Shown piece by piece: positions 28,249-37,000 of a stretch of 64,000 bases of DNA. Position 1 is the stretch's first letter; every line of letters starts with the position of its first letter. The DNA is from a virus (taxonomy: Duplodnaviria > Caudoviricetes): the IMG/VR virus record IMGVR_UViG_2881966637_000002, positions 1 to 64,000 of that record. One strand, given 5' to 3'. The notes beneath the pieces are model-generated. The model did no database searches and was not told the origin of the DNA. It saw nothing but the letters and a program-made list of their open reading frames with translations. A program made the position numbers and the translations under genes.

Positions 28249-28362
28249 CAACCGCAGGGCTGGTGCCTTGTATGGTGTGGATAGAAGCGGATAAGCCGGG
28301 CTGGTTTCTGGCCTGGCTTATTTTTTTAGCACTGGACAAACTACTTATAGGCGATACTGAAA

Positions 28363-28905
28363 ATGTCCAAAATTATTTTCCTTGACGTGGATGGTGTGTT
28401 GAACTCAGAACTGTTCTACGGCCAGACGATCCGGAACGCGAAAAAGCAACTCCGGAAAGAGGTGAAAAGCGAGGAGCGAGAACGCTTTGATTACCACCTG
28501 GACCAGATCGACCAGCAGGCCGTCGAACGGCTCAACGGTATTATTCACGATACCGGCGCGAGAGTTGTTTTGTCGTCGTCCTGGCGGATCGGCAATAGTC
28601 GGGAGTATATGCAGTCCCTGCTCGAAGCGAAGGGGTTTACGGGACAGTTGATCGGCCGGACGCCCCGGCTGGACGGGCAGCGCGGCAAAGAGATCGACGC
28701 CTGGCTGAATTACTTCGGCATTATCCATCTGGTCGAACGGTACGTGATTCTGGACGACGATTCGGATATGACCGATTACCAGCTTGCCAACTACTACATC
28801 CACTGTGATTCGTATTGCGGCCTATCCCCTACCGTCGCCTACAAAGCAACACACATTCTAAATGGTGATTGGCGGGGCCAATTCCGGGGAATAACTACAA
28901 AATAA
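28363..28905 (+). CDS. HAD-superfamily phosphatase, Swiss-Army-Knife RNA-repair type (HAD_SAK_2-like)
   Basis: IIFLDVDGVLN, VVLSSSWR, G.TP, RG.EI..WL, YVILDDDSDM. Confidence 0.88.
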   Translation: MSKIIFLDVDGVLNSELFYGQTIRNAKKQLRKEVKSEERERFDYHLDQIDQQAVERLNGIIHDTGARVVLSSSWRIGNSREYMQSLLEAKGFTGQLIGRTPRLDGQRGKEIDAWLNYFGIIHLVERYVILDDDSDMTDYQLANYYIHCDSYCGLSPTVAYKATHILNGDWRGQFRGITTK

Positions 28906-29015
28906 TTAACGCGTTTGGAGACGATGAGGCTACACCGGGTCAATAGTCGTGTCGAATAATTGATCGAAAATAAACACGTTGCGTCAATGTGTTCGTTCGC
29001 TAAACATTTGAGGAG

Positions 29016-29251
29016 TTAATCTTTTGAAGGTGGCACCCAGATCACGTACTGCGTAAGAGAAATTACGACGATGTAAAGAAACCAGACGGAACTGGTCATG
29101 GATAGGTTAAACGCACTGTCGCCAGAATACTTACCTACTTCGTTCAGAGCCAAGTTGTAGAACACCACAAACAGGGCAAGGGCGGAACCAATCGACCATA
29201 TTGTACGGCCCGCAGGGGTCTGGTCCTGAAAAAATCTTTGAACTTGTTTCA
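29016..29251 (-). CDS. Small 2-TM membrane protein
   Basis: Probable ATG at 29251 (MKQVQRFF), two hydrophobic helices, divergent from the XRE gene. Confidence 0.5.
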
Positions 29252-29296
29252 TTGTGTGGCTTGAAATGAATCCACAAAACAAACTACTTTTACCAT

Positions 29297-29497
29297 ATGC
29301 TAAAGCAGCAGACAGCCGAACAACTAAAAAATGCACGAAAAGCGCAAGGGCTCACCCAGAAGCAGGTGGGCGAATTGCTGGGCATTGACGAGTCTACCTA
29401 CAACCGTTACGAAAGCGGAACGGCTAATTTATCGCTGGACACAATAGAGAAAATAGTTAAGGCTCTTAATAAATCGGTTACAATCCTGATACAGTAA
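29297..29497 (+). CDS. XRE/Cro-CI family HTH regulator
   Basis: LKNARKAQGLTQKQVGELLGI..STYNRYESG...SLDTIEKIVKAL. Confidence 0.93.
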   Translation: MLKQQTAEQLKNARKAQGLTQKQVGELLGIDESTYNRYESGTANLSLDTIEKIVKALNKSVTILIQ

Positions 29498-29514
29498 TAT
29501 ATTTTTTTGCCTAC

Positions 29515-29549
29515 AAACTTGGATTATATTCAAGTTTTATCTACTTTTG
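29515..29549 (+). promoter_or_regulatory. Operator-like palindrome AAACTTG-N9-CAAGTTT overlapping a promoter with -7 TACTTTTG
   Basis: Inverted repeat at 29515-21/29531-37 and TAnnTTTG at 29542-49, directly downstream of the XRE gene. Confidence 0.6.
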
Positions 29550-29622
29550 GATAAGCAAAAGCCCGTACCATCTGTCGCCAAACTTCGGATACGGGCCTTG
29601 TGACACACAAACCAATAGAGAT

Positions 29623-30024
29623 ATGTGCAATGATCAAAAGTACAACGCGGCCATCGATTCCGCAAAACCTATTGAGTTGCCGGCTAACCCCACTCCGTCC
29701 ATTCGCCTTGCTTTGTTGGCTGGTCCACAGTTACAGGAAATGTTTGAGGCATTTATTCAGCATAAGTATCGCCTGTACGAAGAAGCCGCTAACGAACTGG
29801 CTGCTCATGACCTTGACGCTTATTTTGACACTACCCAGCGCATTTCATTGATAAATGACACGTTGTACGAGGTTCTTTTTATGCTCAACGAAAAAGTGGT
29901 AGAGTTTTCTAATGGAGGTGCGGACGCCTGCGGTGTCAGCTTGGCAAAAGAAGTGCAACAGAAGCGCAGAGAAGAATTAGCGGCCCTTCTCACCACAACG
30001 CAAACAGCAATCGGTCATGAATAA
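29623..30024 (+). CDS. Hypothetical helical protein
   Basis: 133 aa, overlaps the start of the next gene. Confidence 0.65.
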   Translation: MCNDQKYNAAIDSAKPIELPANPTPSIRLALLAGPQLQEMFEAFIQHKYRLYEEAANELAAHDLDAYFDTTQRISLINDTLYEVLFMLNEKVVEFSNGGADACGVSLAKEVQQKRREELAALLTTTQTAIGHE

Positions 30025-30976
30025 GGTATTCAGACACCGTATCGGGTTCACTGACTTTGTGAAACGATCAAAGCTGGTGCATGGAGATTTTTATGGCTAT
30101 ATGGAGCCAGAGGGATTCAGGATGGATAAAAACATAGAGATTATCTGTCCGCTACATGGCTCATTTATGCAGCGCCCTCAACATCACGTTCGTGGCGTAA
30201 AATGCCCTAGTTGCGCAAGGGAAATAACCAATCGAAAGCCTTTGGGTGCGGCTACATTTATCGCCCGCTCAAAGTCGGTACACGGCGATCTTTACGACTA
30301 TAACCGAGTTGTTTACGTTAGAAATGATGTCAACGTAGAAATAGTCTGCCCTATTCACGGCGTTTTTTTGCAGACCCCGGACTCGCACTTAGTAGGTAGA
30401 GGGTGTAATTTCTGCTCTAAAAATCAGCGTCTATCAACCGAGCAATTTTTGGAGCGGGCTAAGAAAGTACACGGAGACAAATACGACTATAGCCGCGTTG
30501 ACTATTGCTCCTACAACGTAAAGCTGACAATAGTTTGCCCTACACACGGAGCTTGGGAGCAACTGCCCGGCAACCATTTAAGAGGCAAAGGTTGCTCTTT
30601 TTGCGCCAAACAAAATGTTAGTCCGAAAAACATTCGCAAGTCAGCATGGGTCAGCAGGCAGAAGGGTCGCCGGTCCACCCTTTATCTTATTGCGTGCAAA
30701 ACCAGAGACACCACGTTTCAAAAAATCGGCATTACGCACAACAGCCTAAAAATGCGTTTTCGGGGAGCCCCATTTCTGTTTACCAAAATTTTGGCAATTA
30801 CCAGTCATGACGCAGGGTTAATTTATGATCTCGAAAAATTGGTCGCCAGACAGTTAAGGCCGTTTCGGTACATGCCCGGTGATAGATTTGGGGGATATAC
30901 CGAATGTTATAATTTCCCTAACACAGAGAGTGCTGTTGATGTGATAAAAAAGACTTGGCGTACGATTAAACAATAA
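30017..30976 (+). CDS. Putative homing endonuclease with three DUF723-like Zn-ribbon repeats and a GIY-YIG/T5orf172-like domain
   Basis: 3x F..R.K.VHGD.Y.Y...I.CP.HG...Q.P..H..G..C..C. C-terminal LYLI...FQKIGIT...R...LEK...GGYTEC. Confidence 0.8.
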   Translation: MNKVFRHRIGFTDFVKRSKLVHGDFYGYMEPEGFRMDKNIEIICPLHGSFMQRPQHHVRGVKCPSCAREITNRKPLGAATFIARSKSVHGDLYDYNRVVYVRNDVNVEIVCPIHGVFLQTPDSHLVGRGCNFCSKNQRLSTEQFLERAKKVHGDKYDYSRVDYCSYNVKLTIVCPTHGAWEQLPGNHLRGKGCSFCAKQNVSPKNIRKSAWVSRQKGRRSTLYLIACKTRDTTFQKIGITHNSLKMRFRGAPFLFTKILAITSHDAGLIYDLEKLVARQLRPFRYMPGDRFGGYTECYNFPNTESAVDVIKKTWRTIKQ

Positions 30977-31020
30977 AAAGAGGTCCGCACTAACGATCAG
31001 TGCGGACCTCTTTTTATTGT
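30970..31020. terminator. Bidirectional intrinsic terminator, perfect 22-bp inverted repeat
   Basis: ACAATAAAAAGAGGTCCGCACT-AACGATC-AGTGCGGACCTCTTTTTATTGT between convergent genes. Confidence 0.9.
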
Positions 31021-34000
31021 TCTTCTTCAATGTCGTCCTTATCCTCGGTAGCTAGTTCACGAATAAGTCGGGTCGCGGTAGAGGAAAAGCCGGTTGATTT
31101 TGCCCCGAACTCAGTCAGATCATAGATCAGTTTGTCCATGATCTGCTTTTGTTTCGCTTCGTCCTCCTCGCTGAATAGCTTACCAGCCGAAGTAATAGCG
31201 TCGATACCCGTTTGCAAATTGTCAGCGGCCGGGATTTCCAGTAGATCGTTGTCTCGGTATCCCTGCTGCTGGCTGATATAATAATCAATGCCCGCCGTGG
31301 CAAACGTAGGGGCGATACCCGTAATGTTGCGCACGATGTCAAAGCCAATCTTCTGCGGCACCGCTTCGTAATCGGGTTCGTCTCCGCCGAGAATCGACAA
31401 TAGCAGATTGACGCCAACGCCGACCATAGCGGTGTAGACCGCATTCAATACAACCGCGTATCCAACGGTGCTGGCCAGTTGTCGCAAGGCGGCTTCGGCT
31501 TCGGGCGTCCCTTTTCCTGTTTTGAGCCATGTACCCATTGAGTCCACCAAGGTGTTGAAAATCTTGATCGACTGCCCGCCGTACAAGCCCAATATCTTAT
31601 TGATAAAGTTGAACGAGGTTTGCAGCGGGGCCTTCTCCGATAGCTGACCCATTACATTCGTTTTGTACGTAACAGCTTTGGTCAGATCAGCTACCCGGTC
31701 CCACCACGCATCGCTATTCAGGGCCAGCCCTTCACTGGTAGCCTGTTCTTTCGCGGCCTGCACAAAGGCATAAAACACGGCCCGGTCGCTTTTTCGCATC
31801 GGCCCCATTCCGTATTCCTGGGTGTATTCATCGAATTTGCCCAGCACCTTTTGTGCCTGGGTCAAGGTCTGTTTATTAACGCCCAGATCCTGGAACGAAG
31901 GGTTATCGACAAACGACGTTTGCGAACTAAACGCCCGGTCGAGCAACACGGCGAACCGGCGTTGCTGTTTCTTTCGGGCTTCCTCATCGGTAAACGTGTA
32001 GCCAAGCAATTCTTCGGCGTAGGGCCGCTCTATCGTGTCCAGCCCGGTTAGTCGGCCGGTGAGTCCGCTTTGCTCTTTATCGTTGGCCAGTACCGTGGAT
32101 GGCGCGTCGAAGTCTTTAAACGCACCGGCCGTTGTTTTGAACAAAATGCCAATGGCCTCGCCCGAACGCAAAAACTCGTCTTTTATAATGCCCTGCCCCA
32201 CGGCCCCGAAATAACTACCGGCCTGCTTCAGTGGCACCGAAACACTTAACGAAAACACGCTTTGCGTGTATCGTTTCATGATCTGATCGAACCAGCGGTT
32301 GTACCGGTTCTCGTCCCGGTTCTTAGCCTGCTCCCTGCGGTAAGACTGTAGCCGGTCGCGCTCCTGAGACAGATACGATTTGATCTGGTCTTTCTGGCTC
32401 CCTTCGTAATCGGATTCGATGCTGTCCAGTAACCCGTTGAGGTTGTTGACCACCTTCGTGTTTTCCAGCACATCGCTGACCGCGTTAAAATAGGTCTGCA
32501 TGGTTTGTACCGGGTCGGTCGCGAGTATTGCCCCCGATGGGCCGTTACGAGCAATTAACTGACGACTTTCTTCCAGTTTCTTAGCGTAACCCCGGCTTTG
32601 TTGTTCGGCCGACTGGTCGCTACCAAAGGTGGTCAACGGCCAGTAATAGTTGACCCGCTCGAACGGCTGGGCCGGATTGGCCTCATTCACTTCCTGCTCC
32701 AGCAAATCGGTTACGTCCGGGTTATTGAAGAATGTAGCAAGGCTAGAAAAAGCGTCAATTTCCTCCTGCGCTCCGGTTTTGGTAAACCGGTCATTGAGTG
32801 TGTTGAAGTCCTCACGGCTCAGTAAGATATAATGAGTTTTGTCATTCTCCCGGTCGTAATAAACTGCCCCTCGCGGTGTACGCCGTAGTCCACCTTCCGG
32901 GTTTTTCTCGTACAATGTAACCGGCTCTGGTGCTATCTCGCTGACAGCATCCGCTTTGCCGTAACTGGAAAACTGGCTTCTCGACTTACCAACAATGTCC
33001 ATCACGACGCCGACCGGCAGGTAGACCGGACGCCGGATAACGGCTCCCGTTTCATCGTAGTCATAGGTATTGACTTCGATGGTTCGCACTGTATCGGCCG
33101 TGTTGCCCGTGTTCAGCGAATAGCCAGCCAGCAGCCGGGTAGCTTGTATCTGGGCCGACTCCAATAGTACGCGGGCGTAAGCGGCTTTATCCGCTGATTC
33201 GCGCTTCACGGAGTGGATGAGTTCTTTCAGTAAGCCCCCCGAACTATCAATGAAGTTGGTAAACGTTTCCAGGTTCAGTAAGTGCCGTAGCGAAAAGGCC
33301 GACCGGAACAGTTGCCCTCGATACCCCTCTGCGTTATACGCGGTATCAAACCCTTCCTTAATCGCGTTGGCAATTTTGTACGCATCGACCTTAACCAGCG
33401 TACCGGACCGGGCGAAGAACAGTTCTTTGGGCCGGTTCCAGACCATTGTTTCGGGCGAAACAAGTTCAAATCCCGTTTCCTGCGCTACTTTCTTAATGTA
33501 GTCGCGGTCGGTCTTAGTCCAGAACATTTTAGGCGTGTAGTACAGCCGGGCCGATACCTCAATTGGCACTTCGCTATACATCTGCATCGCTTGTTGCCGT
33601 AGACTGTCGGGCGTTACGATGGTCCCCAGACTAAACTGCATGGCCTCGGGGTTGGTGTCGATACCCGACGTATCGAAGCCGGCATTGATCTGATCAATCA
33701 CGGTAGCGGCCCAGTTGGATAACTTGACGTCGGCCAGCTTCTGGTCGGAGACAAGGCCAATGGCGTTGCCGATCTCCGCAAACAGCCCGTCCAGCCACCG
33801 GCTAAATTTGCTCTTGCGGTCGCTGAGCCGGAACAACGCTCCCTTATCACCTATCGCCGTTTCCAACGCTTCAATTTCCTGCTCGGCAACGGGCAGGTTT
33901 TTATAATAGGAGTTGGCCTGAAGCTTGGTGAAGTAGCCCGACTGCCGCACTAAGGAAACGCCTTGCTGGAATAGGTCTGGGTACTGGGTGCGGGCGACTT

Positions 34001-37000
34001 CGGCCCATAATCCGCCAAACTCGTGCATGACCGTGTTCTCGTCGACGTCGGGCGACAAATACACCTTACCCTGCCAGCGGAACGCGAGTATTTTGTTGTT
34101 ACCAACACGCGCCTGCGCATTGCTGTCAGCAATAGCCTGGTTGTATTGCTGGGGGTCGGTAACGACCTCAACGCCCAGGTTCTCCCCGATCTGAAAGGCG
34201 AGGGCTTCAACCGGGGTGTCTACCCGCTGTTTAGGCAACAAGGACGCTAAGCTGTGCTGAGTGCCCCCCCGGCTTTCGACAATGGCGTTGGTCGGACTGA
34301 TGCCAGGCGTGCCTATGTTGGTGTAGGGTTGTTGTTGGGTTAGGCTGTCCTGAGACAGACCGACATTGAACTGCGTATCCCTGGCTTCGATTTCGCCAGC
34401 ATACGACCGGTACGCGTCAACCACCTTTGCTCGTACGTCGGCGGGTAGCTGACTGGTCGGTGTGTTGCGGTAGGTTTCGGGCAGAACGCCTTGATCAACT
34501 AAATAATCAAGTGCTTGTTTGATGCTGGCTCCGGATGCAAACCCTTCATATCGCTGGATGGCGTGTTGCAACTCGTGCAGGGTGACGGATTCGAGTTGAC
34601 CCACCCATCCAGGAACGTTGGGTTCCAAGTCACCTGTACGTCCGCCATTTCCATCAGATTCGGGTCGTCCAGCGAGGGAATCGTTTGCAGTAGCGTTTCG
34701 GGAAAGGGCGTCATAGTACGTGGCGTTAAGGATAATGAGGGGCAGGTTTTGCGGCACCATGCCCCACGTATTTTGCGTTTGGGCGCGTTCAAAAATAACG
34801 TGCCACTCGGCTAATTGTGGATACAAGGTAAGCAATTTGTCAATGGAAATCAAGTCCGACACGGGTATGGCCCCCGTGCGCTCACCGGACGGCAATGACC
34901 GCATGGTGTCCAGTACCTGTTGCGGGTTTTTTAGCCGGACATCCTGGTCGCTGACCCGGTGCCGCCACAACCCATCCATGCCCACGAACCAGCCGGTCGC
35001 TATCCGCACCCGCTCAGCTACGGCTTGCCAGTCGGGATTGGCCTGTAGCGTGGCAAACGTAACCCCGGCCGGGATACCCGCCTGAGCGTACTGAGCGGTA
35101 GCGATGGACAGGTTCTCGGCCAGGCTGACGCCATGTATGCCGTCCACGGTCAGGTCGGCAACCGGCCCTATCGTGGAGAAGCGAGGTACCTCATCCAAAC
35201 TGGGTATGTTGAACAGTTCGGTTTGCGCCTGATCACCGATAACCGCCTGTTCAATGGCCCTGATTTTCTGCTCGTTGTTCTCGGCAATCGCCCGGTCAAT
35301 AGCGGTTATCTGCTCATCGACCTGCGCAATGGCCTGCTTGGCCGCATCCTGCGCTTCGACGCCTGAGGTGTCCCCCGCGAACAGATCGCCTTGTTGCTTT
35401 TTTGTTGAAGCAGGTTTAGGTTGCGCATCCAGCCAAGCTTCCAGTTCGGCAACTGGTCGGTAGCTGGCAATGTCAATCGTAGGGGTACTGACAAAATAGC
35501 TCCGAAGGCGAAATCCTTCCGGCGCGGACGTAATGGCCTCCAGAGCCTTTTCTTTGCCACGCTGGTCAACAAACTCAGCAAGGCGATCAATCCAGGCACC
35601 GGACAGCTTTTCAACCAAATCAGTATTGTTGGCCTGCTTATTAGCGATTCGCTTAACCAGATCGGCGTTGTTGCGCATCCAGTCAGCAACGTCAAGACCC
35701 ATAGAGACGAAACGCCCACCCTGCATCACGCCTACATCAACAATCTGTCCGCTTTCCAAACGAACGGACTGGTTTGTGCCGGGCAGCGACTCAATACCGT
35801 TTAATGCCGACTCTGCCGTTTGTTGCGCTTTTTGCCGCAACTCGGCTAGTCTGTCCCGGTACGCCGTTGGCGGATTGATAGTGTCGTTAGCGAACAGGTC
35901 ACCGGTCTGCACCCGGTTGGATGCGTCGCGGACCAGCTTATCCCTTTTGCGAACTAAGGCGTCGCGTTGCTTTTGAAGATTGGCCCCTTCAATGTCGTAG
36001 GAAGCCGACACCTCGGCGGTGCGCACATCGCTCGACGCTTCGGCTAAAATCTCGCTGTCTACAGCGGAGGCAAGTTCAGTAGCTGTCGGCGTTTCTGCAA
36101 CAGGGCCTTCAGCCGGTCGGTCGTTGGAGCCGGTGTCGTATCCGAGTTGGGCGTCGGGGGCGGGGGTAATGTCTGCATCGCTGCGGTCAGCATCGCCGTT
36201 TTCAACAGGTGCCGGTTCGATTTGGGTTTGGGCTCTGGCTGCATCAAGTATAGGGCTAACCGTTCGGTTGGCAAAGATAAGACTTTCGCGCATACGGGCA
36301 TACAACTCGACACCCGCAGGATCAATACTTAGAAAGCCGGACTCAATGGCCGGCAGGTCCGCAATAAAGTTTTCGGCGTCAAACGTGCCGTCCTCCTGGA
36401 TGTAGCCGTTGCTGATCAAGGCTTCGACCAGCCGGTCAACTACCTCGTCGCTGTACGCATCCACCTCGCTGCTGACCACTGCCACCAGTTCGTCGGTAAC
36501 GGCTTGTCCCTCCCACATCACGCGGTCCGCGTCGTCCATCGCGTCCAGCGCATCGGCCAAAGCCGCTTCGTCCTCGGCCGATGTATTGTCCTGGGCGTAT
36601 TGCTGAAGCTGAACGGATGGACCGTTGCCTTTCCGGAACGAGATCACGGCATCAACAATAGCCTGCTCAACGGTCTGCTGGTCGTAATCGGTCAGCCCCA
36701 GCCCATCGGCAATGGCCCGGCCAATGGTATCCAATGGCGGTTGCCGGTTGGCCGGGTCCAGGTAGTTGAGGTACGGGTTGCCGCCCCGTTCGCCCCGGCG
36801 CATGGCTTCGCCCGCCACCCGGTCGAAATCCGCCATATTGATTTTTCCCCTGGTAGCGAAAAAAGTCAATATCGCACTTTGCAGATCAACGGGCTGATAC
36901 GTTTTGGCAAACGACGTCCTTACTTTCGGCGTTCGACCAGATCCTGTTGCAACAGCACTCTGGTCAGCGGGTCTTGGTTCAGTCCCCGCTCCAAGCTGGT

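Noticed and set aside
28203-28385. 60-aa ORF overlapping the tRNA-like element
   Set aside because: Its start lies inside the cloverleaf anticodon loop. At most a shorter hydrophobic peptide from 28272, which is unsupported.
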